From the NCBI GenBank assembly GCA_012800315.1, contig JAAZJO010000015.1, positions 1-55,420 of the forward strand: 55,420 nucleotides of DNA, read 5' to 3'. Shown piece by piece: positions 39,653 through 50,488 of this stretch. The stretch's first letter is position 1. Each line of letters starts with the position of its first letter. The notes under the pieces were generated by a model, which did not search any database, was not told the origin of the DNA, and worked only from the letters and a program-made list of their open reading frames with translations. The position numbers and the translations under genes are program-made. This DNA is from Candidatus Falkowbacteria bacterium (GTDB lineage: Bacteria > Patescibacteriota > Patescibacteriia > Patescibacteriales > UBA12465).

Positions 39653-40978
39653 ATGCTGAGCCGCCTTAAAAAATTTATCCTTTTTTTTGGTGATTTAATT
39701 TTTTTAGCCATTTCCCTTTTTTTAATGATTGCTATTCGCTATCCGCAAGCAAGTTGGTTAACTAATTTTCAAAACCACCTTCCTCATTTTTTAGTAGTTT
39801 TTGCTATTTGGCTAATTGTTCTCTATATTAATGGTCTCTATAACTTAAACCTTAAAACTAATAGCCAAAAATTCTTCTCAGCTACTATCAGCACAGTAAT
39901 TTTAAGTGGCCTCATATCAATTATCTATTTTTATCTCAGTGTCCAGTCAACAATTACCCCGAGAACTAATCTTTTCATCTTCATTGCTATCTTCACTCTG
40001 CTCTTCTTTATTTGGCGCAATCTCTATCAAGCCTTAGTTAGCCCCCTAATTCCTAAAAGCAATTTAGCTATTATTGGTTTTAATAAATATACTGAAACCC
40101 TAATTGAAGAATTAAAAAATAATCCGGGCGCTGGTTATCAAACTGCTTTAATTTTTAAAGAACCAAGTGAAATGGCTAAACTAGTTGAAAGTGTAAAGGA
40201 AAATAATATCCGCGCCATTGTAGTTACTGATGATTTTAAACAAAATGAAAAATTACGCGAAACTCTGTTTAGCTGCTTAGCCTCCAATGTGGTTTTCTTT
40301 AACTATCCAGACTTTTATGAACTTTTAACTGGCAAAATACCAGTTGAAGCGATTGATGCCAGTTGGTTTTTAAATAATATTCGGGGTGGCGAAAAAAATT
40401 ATTATAATTTCATTAAACGTGTCCTTGATTTTATTGGTGCTATTTTACTTTTAATTATTAGCGCTGTCTTCTGGCCAATAATTGCGCTCGGCATAAAATT
40501 AGGTAGTCGCGGTCCAGTTTTTTTCACCCAAGAAAGATATGGTCAAAATGAAAAAGTGTTCAAGATGATTAAATTTCGTACTATGCGAGAAGATGGCAAT
40601 AACCGAAGCATGACGATTGAGGGTGATAAACGGATAACTAAATTTGGTTCTTTTTTAAGAAAAACTCGTTTAGATGAAATTCCCCAAATCCTCAATATCA
40701 TTAAAGGCGAAATGAGTTTTATTGGTCCACGCCCAGAAAGACCAGAAATTGTTTCCGATCTTGAACACCAAATTCCTTTTTATAAAACAAGATTATTAAT
40801 TAAGCCCGGTATTACTGGTTGGGATCAGGTTTCTGGCAAATATCACTCCCCATCTTTAGAAGATACTCTAGAAAAACTCCAATATGATTTATTCTATTTA
40901 AAACACCGCTCCTTTTATCTTGATTTAATTATTACCCTAAAAACAATCGCGACGATGCTCAGTCGTGAAGGAAGATAA
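39653..40978 (+). CDS. Polyprenyl-phosphate hexose-1-phosphate transferase (WcaJ/WbaP family)
   Basis: 4 N-terminal [44 protein letters not shown]. Confidence 0.93.
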   Translation: MLSRLKKFILFFGDLIFLAISLFLMIAIRYPQASWLTNFQNHLPHFLVVFAIWLIVLYINGLYNLNLKTNSQKFFSATISTVILSGLISIIYFYLSVQSTITPRTNLFIFIAIFTLLFFIWRNLYQALVSPLIPKSNLAIIGFNKYTETLIEELKNNPGAGYQTALIFKEPSEMAKLVESVKENNIRAIVVTDDFKQNEKLRETLFSCLASNVVFFNYPDFYELLTGKIPVEAIDASWFLNNIRGGEKNYYNFIKRVLDFIGAILLLIISAVFWPIIALGIKLGSRGPVFFTQERYGQNEKVFKMIKFRTMREDGNNRSMTIEGDKRITKFGSFLRKTRLDEIPQILNIIKGEMSFIGPRPERPEIVSDLEHQIPFYKTRLLIKPGITGWDQVSGKYHSPSLEDTLEKLQYDLFYLKHRSFYLDLIITLKTIATMLSREGR

Positions 40979-40988
40979 TATAATTTTT

Positions 40989-42026
40989 ATGAAAAAAGCT
41001 TTAATCACCGGCATCACCGGACAAGATGGTTCTTATTTAGCTGAACTTCTTCTTAGCAAAGGCTATGAAGTTCACGGCATTATTCGTCGTGCCAGCACAT
41101 TTAATACTGATCGTTTAAACGATATCTATCAAAATCCTCAAGATATCAGCCGTCGCTTATTTTTACACTATGGCGATATTTCTGACAGTAGCAATATTAG
41201 TCGTTTAATTGAAAAAATTAAACCAGATGAAATATATAATCTTGCTGCCCAAAGTCACGTTCGTGTTAGTTTTGATTTACCAGAATATACAGCCGATACA
41301 ACCGGCCTAGGAACTGTTCGTATCTTAGACGCTATCAAAAACTCTGGAGTCAAAACAAAATTTTATCAAGCTTCTTCCAGTGAAATGTTCGGCAAAGTTA
41401 AAGAAGAAGATTTGCCCATCACTGAAAAAACTTTATTTCACCCTCGCTCGCCTTATGGCTGCGCCAAGGTCTATGCTTATTGGATAACAAAAAATTATCG
41501 TGAAAGCTATAATCTTTTTGCTGTTAATGGCATACTTTTTAATCATGAATCACCGAGACGCGGTGAAACCTTTGTCACCCGCAAAATTACCAGAGGATTA
41601 GTTAGAATAAAATTAGGTAAAGAAGAAAAATTATATTTAGGAAATTTAGATGCTAAACGTGATTGGGGCTATGCTCCAGATTTTGTTGAAGGTATGTATT
41701 TAATGATGCAACAAGAAAAACCAGATGATTACATTTTATCTACCGGCGAAACACATACCGTTAGAGAATTTGTAGAATTAGCCGCTAAAAATTTAGGTAT
41801 GGAAATAGAATGGCAAGGAAACGGATTAGATGAAAAAGGGATTGATAAAGTAAGTGGTAAAGAAATAATTGCTATTGATCCAGCTTATTTTCGGCCAGCC
41901 GAAGTTGACATCCTGCTGGGCAATCCAGAAAAAGCCAAAAAAGAGCTGGGCTGGGAGCCAAAAGTAAAATTTCCAGAATTAGTAAAAATAATGGTCGCAG
42001 CTGATTTAGAAAAAGAACAAAAATAA
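40989..42026 (+). CDS. gmd: GDP-mannose 4,6-dehydratase; ATG at 40989
   Basis: [52 protein letters not shown]. Confidence 0.97.
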   Translation: MKKALITGITGQDGSYLAELLLSKGYEVHGIIRRASTFNTDRLNDIYQNPQDISRRLFLHYGDISDSSNISRLIEKIKPDEIYNLAAQSHVRVSFDLPEYTADTTGLGTVRILDAIKNSGVKTKFYQASSSEMFGKVKEEDLPITEKTLFHPRSPYGCAKVYAYWITKNYRESYNLFAVNGILFNHESPRRGETFVTRKITRGLVRIKLGKEEKLYLGNLDAKRDWGYAPDFVEGMYLMMQQEKPDDYILSTGETHTVREFVELAAKNLGMEIEWQGNGLDEKGIDKVSGKEIIAIDPAYFRPAEVDILLGNPEKAKKELGWEPKVKFPELVKIMVAADLEKEQK

Positions 42027-42027
42027 T

Positions 42028-42957
42028 ATGCTAAAAAAATCAAAAATATATGTAGCTGGACATAGAGGCTTAGTTGGTTCAGCGATTTTAAGAAAACTAA
42101 AAGAAAAAGGCTATAAAAATATAATTGTCAAAAGTCATCAAGAGCTTGATCTTTTAAATCAGGCAGCTGTTGACACCTTTTTCAAAAAATATAAACCAGA
42201 ATATGTTTTCTTGGCAGCAGCTAAAGTTGGAGGAATTTTAGCAAACAAAGAAAAACCGGCTGAATTTATTTATGAAAATTTAATGATTGCTGCCAATGTT
42301 ATTAATGCCGCTTATAAATATAAGGTGAAAAAACTACTCTTTCTTGGTAGTTCTTGTATATATCCGCGACTAGCGCCTCAACCAATAAAAGAAGAATATC
42401 TCCTCACTTCCCCCTTAGAAAAAACCAATGAGGCTTACGCGATTGCCAAAATTGCCGGTTTGAAGTTGTGCGAATTTTATAACCGACAATATAAAACAAA
42501 TTATATTTCTGTAATGCCAACCAATCTTTACGGTCCAAATGATAATTTTGATTTAAACAGCTCTCATGTTCTGCCAGCCCTAATTAGAAAATTTCATGAC
42601 GCTAAAATGAAAAATAATAAATCAGTTACACTTTGGGGGAGCGGCCGACCAAAAAGAGAATTTTTGCACGTTGATGATTTGGCCGAAGCCACAATCTTTT
42701 TAATGAATAAATATAATGGTCAAGAAATAATTAATATCGGCTGTGGTGAAGATTTAAGTATCAAAGAATTAGCTAATAAAGTAAAAGCTATTACTGGTTA
42801 TAAAGGAAAAATAATTTGGGATAAAACTAAGCCAGATGGTACACCCAGAAAATTACTTAATATTGATAAATTAAAAAAATTGGGCTGGAAGCCCAAAATT
42901 AATCTTGATAAGGGAATCTTGGGAACATACCGCTGGTTTGTAGAGAATTATAAATAA
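42028..42957 (+). CDS. fcl: GDP-L-fucose synthase
   Basis: [53 protein letters not shown]. Confidence 0.97.
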   Translation: MLKKSKIYVAGHRGLVGSAILRKLKEKGYKNIIVKSHQELDLLNQAAVDTFFKKYKPEYVFLAAAKVGGILANKEKPAEFIYENLMIAANVINAAYKYKVKKLLFLGSSCIYPRLAPQPIKEEYLLTSPLEKTNEAYAIAKIAGLKLCEFYNRQYKTNYISVMPTNLYGPNDNFDLNSSHVLPALIRKFHDAKMKNNKSVTLWGSGRPKREFLHVDDLAEATIFLMNKYNGQEIINIGCGEDLSIKELANKVKAITGYKGKIIWDKTKPDGTPRKLLNIDKLKKLGWKPKINLDKGILGTYRWFVENYK

Positions 42958-42979
42958 AAATAAATTAAAAAATATATAA

Positions 42980-43015
42980 TAAATAAAACCGCAATAATTA
43001 TTGCGGTTTTATTTA
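42980..43015. terminator. Perfect 36-bp palindrome, bidirectional terminator between convergent glycan operons
   Basis: TAAATAAAACCGCAATAATTATTGCGGTTTTATTTA equals its own reverse complement. Confidence 0.85.
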
Positions 43016-43026
43016 ATTAATTGTCT

Positions 43027-43776
43027 TTACGATTTAACCAAATTAATTATCAACCTAAAAATAGTCTTTAATCTTGCTTTAAAATATCTTGGATAATTAT
43101 TCTTATAACGACGAATTATTTTATCAGTAACCAAAATAGTTTTTAATCTTTTTTGTTTCGTTATACTTTTATCATGAATTAAATAGGCTGTCATAATATC
43201 GGGTAAATTAGCTAATTTATAATCACAACCAATTTTTAGCCATAAATCATAATCTTCACCAATATCTAATGAATCATTATAACCGCTAAAAGCCTTTTTT
43301 TTAAATAAAACACTAGATTGAGCAAATTGATTTTTCCAAAGAAGTTTATTTCTAATATTTTTATCATCCGTTTCAAAAATATCCTCTTTCAATACTGTGG
43401 CCCTCTCATCCTCACATCTAATAGCTGTGCCAATTAAAGCCACGTCTAAATAAGTATCTAAATAAACTACCTGTCTTGTTAATTTATCTCTAGATATCCA
43501 ATAATCATCGCTATCCAACATAGCAATATATTCTCCAACAGCCAAAGAAATACCTTTATTACGACTTTTAGCAATACCTAAATTTTTTTCGTTTAAATAA
43601 TACTTAATCCTATTATCATTAAAGGCTCTAACTATTTCACTAGTATTATCCGTGGAAGCATCATCAATAATCAAAAGCTCAAAATCTTGATAATCTTGGA
43701 ACAAAACACTATTTATTGCCCTGGATAATAAATCGGCACGATTATAAGTAATAATAATAACAGATACTTTTGGCAT
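43027..43776 (-). CDS. GT2 glycosyltransferase; ATG 43776 preferred
   Basis: PKVSVII.TYNR, IDDASTD, N.GI, LDSDD, EDYDLW. Confidence 0.93.
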   Translation of the reverse strand: MPKVSVIIITYNRADLLSRAINSVLFQDYQDFELLIIDDASTDNTSEIVRAFNDNRIKYYLNEKNLGIAKSRNKGISLAVGEYIAMLDSDDYWISRDKLTRQVVYLDTYLDVALIGTAIRCEDERATVLKEDIFETDDKNIRNKLLWKNQFAQSSVLFKKKAFSGYNDSLDIGEDYDLWLKIGCDYKLANLPDIMTAYLIHDKSITKQKRLKTILVTDKIIRRYKNNYPRYFKARLKTIFRLIINLVKS

Positions 43777-43777
43777 A

Positions 43778-44590
43778 TTATTTAACACTTATTTGAAGCC
43801 AGCTTGGTGGCAATAAATCATTATATTCATCCATAAAAACGTTATTCCATTTATTAGGGGCAATAACTATTTTATTTGGATTTTGATTAAGCCAAGCACC
43901 CCAAAAACTAAAAGTGGAATTAGAAATTATATTATGTTTACATCTGGACATGATTATTAATTCTTCACAATTCGTTAATTCAGGACTAGAAACAAAAACT
44001 AGATTATCTTTGTTATCCAGATTTTCTTTTGCCCAAACAATATCATCAGAAAAAATATAAAATACTGGATCAACAACTTTTTCCTTAATAATTCTAAAAG
44101 CCCTATTATAATATTCTAGTCCGCAAATAAAACACTCTTTATTATTCACATAATCACCACGCCGAATATGAACTGATATCGCATTAGATTGTAATTTATA
44201 ATCAATATCTTCCTTTAAAGTTATTTCTTTTAATAATTGCTCTTTAATCGGTTCTAAATATTTATAACTCTGAAAAAATCCTTCAATATAATTAGCTTTA
44301 GTTTCTAAAATATTTTTTTCGTAGCCAATATGATACTTTTTAAAAATCTTCTTATATATTTTAATTAATAGAGAAAATTTTGGCTTTACTCGCTTAATCT
44401 CACTATCAGAGGCAACCGTAGCACTAATATTAAAATTGTCTAAATCATAAAAACGAACGGTATCAGAACCAGAAAATAAATTATTATTATCAATCTTCAA
44501 TTCTTCTCCTCTTTTTTTAGCTAGAAAAAGTCCAAAAGCATATTGAAAAAGCTGATTACCCAAACCACCTTTTAATTTAATTATTATCAT
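43778..44590 (-). CDS. GT11 alpha-1,2-fucosyltransferase
   Basis: GGLGNQLFQYA, G.FQS.KY, HIRRGDY, FSDD..W, NSTFS.WGA.L. Confidence 0.93.
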   Translation of the reverse strand: MIIIKLKGGLGNQLFQYAFGLFLAKKRGEELKIDNNNLFSGSDTVRFYDLDNFNISATVASDSEIKRVKPKFSLLIKIYKKIFKKYHIGYEKNILETKANYIEGFFQSYKYLEPIKEQLLKEITLKEDIDYKLQSNAISVHIRRGDYVNNKECFICGLEYYNRAFRIIKEKVVDPVFYIFSDDIVWAKENLDNKDNLVFVSSPELTNCEELIIMSRCKHNIISNSTFSFWGAWLNQNPNKIVIAPNKWNNVFMDEYNDLLPPSWLQISVK

Positions 44591-44607
44591 GAAATTATGA
44601 ATTATTT

Positions 44608-45537
44608 TTAATAAATAGCTTCATTTACAATATCTAATAATTTTTTAGCACAAATAGAATCAGTAAAATTTTCTAAATAATATTTTCTAGGCGAAAATGT
44701 CAACTTATTTTTATCAAAATCTAACATTATTTTTTTTAACTCTTCAAGTGAAGAAAAAAATAAACCTGACTCATTATTTAAATATGGAGCTGAGACATCA
44801 TTACCACTAATACTTTTCCCTTTTATTTCATATACACCTTTAGTCCAAACAAAAGTTGGAACATCCTTCATCCAAGCCTCTAATAAGCTTATACCCTGTG
44901 ATTCTGATTCTTGTAAATATATAACACAAGAAGCTTTTTCTAATTTTTGTAAATAATCGGCTCTTAAATATTTTCCATAATATATTATTTCAAAATTATT
45001 ATAAACACCTTCCAAAAATAATATTACCTCTCTTATTAAATTTTTCGGCGCATTTTTTATATATAAAAGAGGCCCTGTTTTTTGTTTATTATTAAATCCA
45101 AGATCTTCAACCCCTGACGGCCAAATAAATAATTTATCTTTAATGTCTTTATTAAAAGATAACCAAACCTTTTTTACCCATTCGCTCGGAACTAATATAT
45201 AATCAATTTCTGAAGACAAAATAATACCATCAAAATCATCTGGCGTAACTACTAAATTTGGCCCAGCAATTAATTTTTTAATTTTCCCTTCTTTTTTTAA
45301 TTTTATCGCCCATCTTAAAGCATCAAGACTGCTATTAACAAAAAAAGTTTCTATTCCATTCAGTTTAGGATTATTTTTATTAAGAAAAAAAATAACCCCG
45401 AGCTCCTTTAAGCCTCTAATAAGACTCTTGTTAACAGCCTGGGGGCCACGATTTTTTCTAAAAATAAAGCGAGCAATTTCTTTGAAAAATTCTCTAGAAA
45501 AATAATTATACGGTTTTTTAATGTAAATATAAAACAT
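44608..45537 (-). CDS. GT-B (GT4-like) glycosyltransferase
   Basis: GP.AV, VPSEWV, ESQGISLLEA...DVP; TGATG overlap with the upstream stop. Confidence 0.7.
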   Translation of the reverse strand: MFYIYIKKPYNYFSREFFKEIARFIFRKNRGPQAVNKSLIRGLKELGVIFFLNKNNPKLNGIETFFVNSSLDALRWAIKLKKEGKIKKLIAGPNLVVTPDDFDGIILSSEIDYILVPSEWVKKVWLSFNKDIKDKLFIWPSGVEDLGFNNKQKTGPLLYIKNAPKNLIREVILFLEGVYNNFEIIYYGKYLRADYLQKLEKASCVIYLQESESQGISLLEAWMKDVPTFVWTKGVYEIKGKSISGNDVSAPYLNNESGLFFSSLEELKKIMLDFDKNKLTFSPRKYYLENFTDSICAKKLLDIVNEAIY

Positions 45538-46760
45538 CAATATATCTTTTTAAAATAATCTCTTACCTTTCTCAAGGTCTTATAATTATATTTATTTATC
45601 AACAATCTTTTTAATAAAAAATTAAAAAAATGATAAACTGCTCTTCTAATTTTATTTGGAAAAGGTCTCTTAATTACATCTTCATATATACTTATTATAT
45701 TATCCATTTGTCCGCCCAACTCATATTTTTCAAAAAATCTTTTTTTCGCTTTCTCGGATAAAGAATTATAATATTCTCTATCTTTTTCCATTCTATTTAA
45801 CTCTTTAGCATAATCATTGATATTAGAAAAAACTGCTCCAGCATTACCAATACATTCAACATGTCCATTATTGATTTCTGAAAAATGACTAATTATTGGA
45901 CAACCAAAATATAAAGCCTCAGCCATTGCTGTTGAATTAACCTCTCCGTCCTTTCTACCATGAGCATAAACATTTAATGTATTTAAAAACTTATAAACAA
46001 ATTGTTGATCAGCACTATGATCTAAAAATATAATATTTTTTATACCAAGACTTTTTGCCTGCTCACGATATTTTTTACTTCCACCGAGAATAATAAATAC
46101 ATTACTCTCTGATTCAACCATTTTATAAGCCAACAATGGGATTTCTGAAAAAATACTATCTTCATTTCTCTGATGAAAACCAAAAACAAATTTATCTTTA
46201 ATATTATACTCATCTCTCAAATCGCCTCCTTTAAATTTTATATCCATAGGATGAGATACTAAAACCACTCTTTTTTTATCTCCACCTTTTTTTATCCATT
46301 TATTAGCATTCCACTTACATATATGCATTACACGAGAAATATTATATTGATTATCTACCATTCCAGATAAATGTAAAGAATCAATTATTGCTGTCTTTTT
46401 TATTTTATAAAAAGGATACTCGGGGTTGCCAGCTCTTCCTGTTTGAATTATGTCATACTTATTTTCCGAAAATTTATCCCAAAAATCTGTATTAATCCAA
46501 TCATGAGTATAAACACCTAAATCAACATAATCTAAATTAAATTTTATCAAATTAACTCCAGCCTGCCGCATTAATGCAATCTTCTCACTATCATCATGAA
46601 CTACTGGATCGCTGTCCGGATTCTTGCAGACAACAGGATCACTATAATAATAATCAACCTTAAATCTATCTTTGGGTAAATTCATGGCTATTGTTTGTAA
46701 AAATTTTTCAGTACCGCCAGGAGAGAGGCCGTTAATTTTTATAATCGCTAATTTTATCAT
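45537..46760 (-). CDS. GT4-like glycosyltransferase
   Basis: GGTEK at the N-terminus; GE.NS..MAEA...G.PII. Confidence 0.8.
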   Translation of the reverse strand: MIKLAIIKINGLSPGGTEKFLQTIAMNLPKDRFKVDYYYSDPVVCKNPDSDPVVHDDSEKIALMRQAGVNLIKFNLDYVDLGVYTHDWINTDFWDKFSENKYDIIQTGRAGNPEYPFYKIKKTAIIDSLHLSGMVDNQYNISRVMHICKWNANKWIKKGGDKKRVVLVSHPMDIKFKGGDLRDEYNIKDKFVFGFHQRNEDSIFSEIPLLAYKMVESESNVFIILGGSKKYREQAKSLGIKNIIFLDHSADQQFVYKFLNTLNVYAHGRKDGEVNSTAMAEALYFGCPIISHFSEINNGHVECIGNAGAVFSNINDYAKELNRMEKDREYYNSLSEKAKKRFFEKYELGGQMDNIISIYEDVIKRPFPNKIRRAVYHFFNFLLKRLLINKYNYKTLRKVRDYFKKIY

Positions 46761-46798
46761 ATTTATAAAACTTATTTCTAATCTAATAAATATAAAAA

Positions 46799-47737
46799 CT
46801 AATTAATTATTTTATTTTTTATTTTATTTAAATACACTAACCATTTTGAAAAAACTTTACTCCTCGGCTTCCTGCCCACTCTTTTAATAAACTCTTCACG
46901 CAACTTCTCTATATCCCAAATCTGTAACGGCTCAAAAAATTTTATTCCATATTGATCAAAAAATTTAATAATCTCTTCAATATACCAATTATCATTTGAT
47001 AATCGTAAATCAATATTATTAATAAATTTTGAACTTAATTTCTCAGGAAGATTATTCTTCTGCCATTTTTTATTATCAATAGTTATTGAATAAGTATTAT
47101 TTATTCTTTTTGCGCTTCGTTTTCCCTCAACTAATTCTGAGCACCTATACCATGCTTGTTTATAATCATTTCTCTTTTTATTTAAATATTGCAGATGAAG
47201 AACAGCGCCATCGTCTGGCGGCACTATTATTGAATTTGCACCCCCCCCTCCTGGCGTTCTTTCTTCAGATAATTTTTTGTCTTTAAATTCCAATGTTCCA
47301 TCATCAAATACTATAAAGTCCTTATAAATTTCCCAAAACACTCCATCAGATCTATAACTTTTATGATCTAAAAGAAACACCCATTTCATCATTATTTTCT
47401 GACCCGGGACCATTCTTTCCAAATATTTATGATATGTAAGAAGAAAATTATCAGAAAAAACCTCATCAGCATCTAGCCAAATAAAATGGGTCCCCCCTCT
47501 TTCTCTCCCAATCTTAAGCAAGGTTTTTCTTTTTGTGGACATATTAACTGTTTGTCCATCAAATACTTCATTTTTAAAAACTATAGCCTTAGGAAATTTT
47601 GATAAAATATCTTTATAATCATCACTGGAATTATCATCTAATATAATAATTTCATCTGCGATAAGACTAAGTGATCCCAAACAAGCACTTAATACCCAGG
47701 CTTCATTTTTAATTGGCAACAAAGCTATTATTTTCAT
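46799..47737 (-). CDS. GT2-like glycosyltransferase; ATG 47737 preferred over TTG 47746
   Basis: LLPIKNEA, LDD.S.D, WLDADE, LH.Q. Confidence 0.82.
   Translation of the reverse strand: MKIIALLPIKNEAWVLSACLGSLSLIADEIIILDDNSSDDYKDILSKFPKAIVFKNEVFDGQTVNMSTKRKTLLKIGRERGGTHFIWLDADEVFSDNFLLTYHKYLERMVPGQKIMMKWVFLLDHKSYRSDGVFWEIYKDFIVFDDGTLEFKDKKLSEERTPGGGGANSIIVPPDDGAVLHLQYLNKKRNDYKQAWYRCSELVEGKRSAKRINNTYSITIDNKKWQKNNLPEKLSSKFINNIDLRLSNDNWYIEEIIKFFDQYGIKFFEPLQIWDIEKLREEFIKRVGRKPRSKVFSKWLVYLNKIKNKIIN
47241..47248 (-). repeat. G8 homopolymer on the coding strand of a glycosyltransferase
   Basis: C8 on the plus strand; codons GGA GGG GGG GGT. Confidence 0.8.
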
Positions 47738-47786
47738 TTTTATCAAAATTATTGTCCCCTACTTTACCACAACAACAAACTCTACG

Positions 47787-48752
47787 TTAACTATCTTTAA
47801 AAAATACTTTTTTAAAGCGCTTCAAAATGGTTCTTATATAATTCCTAATTTTTTTCAATCCTCTAACTATCGGCTTAAATAAAAATATCTTTTTAAAAAT
47901 GTATTTATTTAAACCAATATTTATTAATCTTTTATTTTTCTCTAAAACATCTAAATAGCCAGGCACATATTTATCAATTTTGATAAAATTACCATCTAAA
48001 TAACAATTATTTATATCATACTTAGTCGCTCTAGCCACTAAATCATAATCAAGTTTATCAAAAATTCCATACCTCAATTCTATTGCCGTCCTTTCAAGAG
48101 CTTGAACTGAATTTGGTCTTGTACTAGCTCCGAGTCCCTCATTTAAATAATATCCAAGCAAACCAGAAGTATATGCGGCCTTCGTATGGAAAGATAGTCT
48201 TATAGAAAAATCAAAATCGGCACCAGATCTAAATTGCTCATCAAAAAATCCAACTTTTTCACAAAGACTTTTTTTAAACATAAAAAATGGACCAAAAACC
48301 ATTGAACGAAAAAAATCATTATCAGAAAATTTACTACAATCAACTAGCCGACCACTCGTTGCGCCAAAAGTTCTCACAATCATAAAATCACCAAAAACTA
48401 CCCCACAATCACTTTCTTTCATTTTTTTATATTGTAGTTCTAGAGAATTCTCAGTACGCAAATCATCAACATTCCAAATAGCTAAATATTCTCCTGAAGA
48501 CTCTCTTATACAACGATTCATTGAAACACCAATCGGATCAACCTTATTAATAATAATATGTTTTAATCGTCCAGGATATTTATTTTGAAAATCTTTAATC
48601 CAAGAAATTTCTTCCTCATCTGGTTCATTATGATCTAAAACCACTTCCATTTGATTAAATATCGTCTGTTTTGGAAGTTCGTCAAGAAAGCGTTTCAAAT
48701 AACGCTTCATTCTAAAACAAGGAGTTATTGTACTCACTAATATTTCATTCAT
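47787..48752 (-). CDS. GT2 glycosyltransferase
   Basis: VS.ITP, N..I..S.G.Y....NVDD, G.FDE....ADFDF..R. Confidence 0.88.
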   Translation of the reverse strand: MNEILVSTITPCFRMKRYLKRFLDELPKQTIFNQMEVVLDHNEPDEEEISWIKDFQNKYPGRLKHIIINKVDPIGVSMNRCIRESSGEYLAIWNVDDLRTENSLELQYKKMKESDCGVVFGDFMIVRTFGATSGRLVDCSKFSDNDFFRSMVFGPFFMFKKSLCEKVGFFDEQFRSGADFDFSIRLSFHTKAAYTSGLLGYYLNEGLGASTRPNSVQALERTAIELRYGIFDKLDYDLVARATKYDINNCYLDGNFIKIDKYVPGYLDVLEKNKRLINIGLNKYIFKKIFLFKPIVRGLKKIRNYIRTILKRFKKVFFKDS

Positions 48753-49549
48753 ATATTTTCTTTTTTTACAAGCTCTATCATTTCCCTCAGGCCAGTTTCT
48801 AAATCAACTTTTGGAAACCATCCTGGAATTTTCCCCTTAATTGGTGTTATAGGTGTTGAGCCAATCTTTTTACCAGGAATAACCTTAGCACCCGTAATTT
48901 TCGCAATCAGATTAGCAACATCAATAACCTTGACCCACTCAAAACTTGTCACATCATGAATACCCTTTAAATTATTAGAAATAGCTATGTGCCAAGCTTG
49001 ACAGACATCTGATATATTAATAAATTGCCTTTTTTCCTCACCAGTGGTCATCATTCTTATTTCGCCTGTTTCTACTGCTTGTCTAACAAAATCAGAAACA
49101 ACATGACTTCTTTCAGAATTATTTTCTACTGGACCATATACGTTCCATTGTCTTATAAAAACTCCTCCTAACAACCTAGTCCAAACCTCTCCCAATCTCT
49201 TAGTAACCCCATACACTGTATCATATTCCTCGGCTAATTGGCTTGAAATAAATAGAAAAGGTTTTCCACTTTTTCCTATCTGAGGCATTAAATTGGATAA
49301 TAACTTAAGATTCCACTCTAATTGATATAATTGAGCGCTTTCTTTATAAAGATACTTTGCACCACCAACATCCCAAGCTAAAAAATAAATGCGATCAATT
49401 TCGCTAAAATCAATCTTAGCTTTACGGGCATCCTCGTGCTCTCCTCTTTTAATATCAAAGCGCACAACAGACTCTCCTTGTTTCTCAAGAAAATCACATA
49501 AATAATTACCAATAAATCCATCTGAGCCAATAACTAAATTTTTGATCAT
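48749..49549 (-). CDS. Short NAD-dependent epimerase/dehydratase
   Basis: GSDGFIG, YGVTK, NVYGP, G.E.RQF....D. Confidence 0.88.
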   Translation of the reverse strand: MIKNLVIGSDGFIGNYLCDFLEKQGESVVRFDIKRGEHEDARKAKIDFSEIDRIYFLAWDVGGAKYLYKESAQLYQLEWNLKLLSNLMPQIGKSGKPFLFISSQLAEEYDTVYGVTKRLGEVWTRLLGGVFIRQWNVYGPVENNSERSHVVSDFVRQAVETGEIRMMTTGEEKRQFINISDVCQAWHIAISNNLKGIHDVTSFEWVKVIDVANLIAKITGAKVIPGKKIGSTPITPIKGKIPGWFPKVDLETGLREMIELVKKENI

Positions 49550-49588
49550 AATTTTATTTATAAATTAAAAATTAATAAAAAATTAAAA

Positions 49589-50461
49589 TTAAATTATCTT
49601 AAAAAATTTTTTAATAACTAAATTTAAATTTTTAATAAAAATCACTACTTTTAAAATTAATCTATTCAATAATCCTATAAAAACTCTATTAGAAAATATT
49701 TCCGAATTATTTAATTTCTTATAACTAAGTCTCAAATTCCAAATATATTGATCACCCCCAATTAGTTTATCAGAATATTCTTGAACTTTTTCCATAATTA
49801 ACGTTTCCCCAAAAATCTTTTTAGAAAAAATTGATAACAATGTCGTGTCATGCCTAAACATCTCGCAATCTCTAATAAAATAATTCTTATCTTTTCCTTT
49901 ATTTCTCCAAGAGTCTTTTTTAGAAAAACCCAAACAAAGACCAGTCACTCCTGCCTCATAGGTCAATTGAGTAACTTCTTTTATTTTAGCAGATCCCCGC
50001 TTAAAGCCAAAAATGCCAGCCGTAACAGGTTCTGAATCCAATAATAAGCTATCCAAATTAAAAATACCAATATATTCTGAAGGTGTCATTTTCCTAATAG
50101 TGTTCTCTTTACCAACACCAACTAAAAGATATCCATTATTATTAATTTTATTAAAAATATTATCAAGTGGTCTCAATATCTGACACCCAGCATCTATATA
50201 AAAATTATTTTCAGCAAGCGGATTATTTAAAATATATGTTTTCCATGTATAACAGGATCTCCAATACTTTACAAAATGAGGAACCTCTAAAACTGTAACG
50301 CCCTCTATTGCTTCAATTTCCTTTCTAAAAATACTAAATAAACCAAGATCGTAGACATAAATTCTGGGATGATTATGATAAATCTTTTTTATTGACCCTA
50401 ATAAATTAATCAAAGATGGGAAAAATTTATTTGAAGCTGACGTGATTATACAATTATCCAT
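49589..50461 (-). CDS. DUF1647-like putative GT-A glycosyltransferase
   Basis: ITSAS..FF..L..L..SI, YDLGL, Y.WK, YIDAG, RHD. Confidence 0.6.
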   Translation of the reverse strand: MDNCIITSASNKFFPSLINLLGSIKKIYHNHPRIYVYDLGLFSIFRKEIEAIEGVTVLEVPHFVKYWRSCYTWKTYILNNPLAENNFYIDAGCQILRPLDNIFNKINNNGYLLVGVGKENTIRKMTPSEYIGIFNLDSLLLDSEPVTAGIFGFKRGSAKIKEVTQLTYEAGVTGLCLGFSKKDSWRNKGKDKNYFIRDCEMFRHDTTLLSIFSKKIFGETLIMEKVQEYSDKLIGGDQYIWNLRLSYKKLNNSEIFSNRVFIGLLNRLILKVVIFIKNLNLVIKKFFKII

Positions 50462-50488
50462 ATTAATTAAATTTATATTTTTATATTA

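Noticed and set aside
4471-44760. Many A/T homopolymers of 7-9 nt in coding regions
   Set aside because: Expected in an AT-rich, Lys/Phe-rich genome; none coincides with a broken frame.
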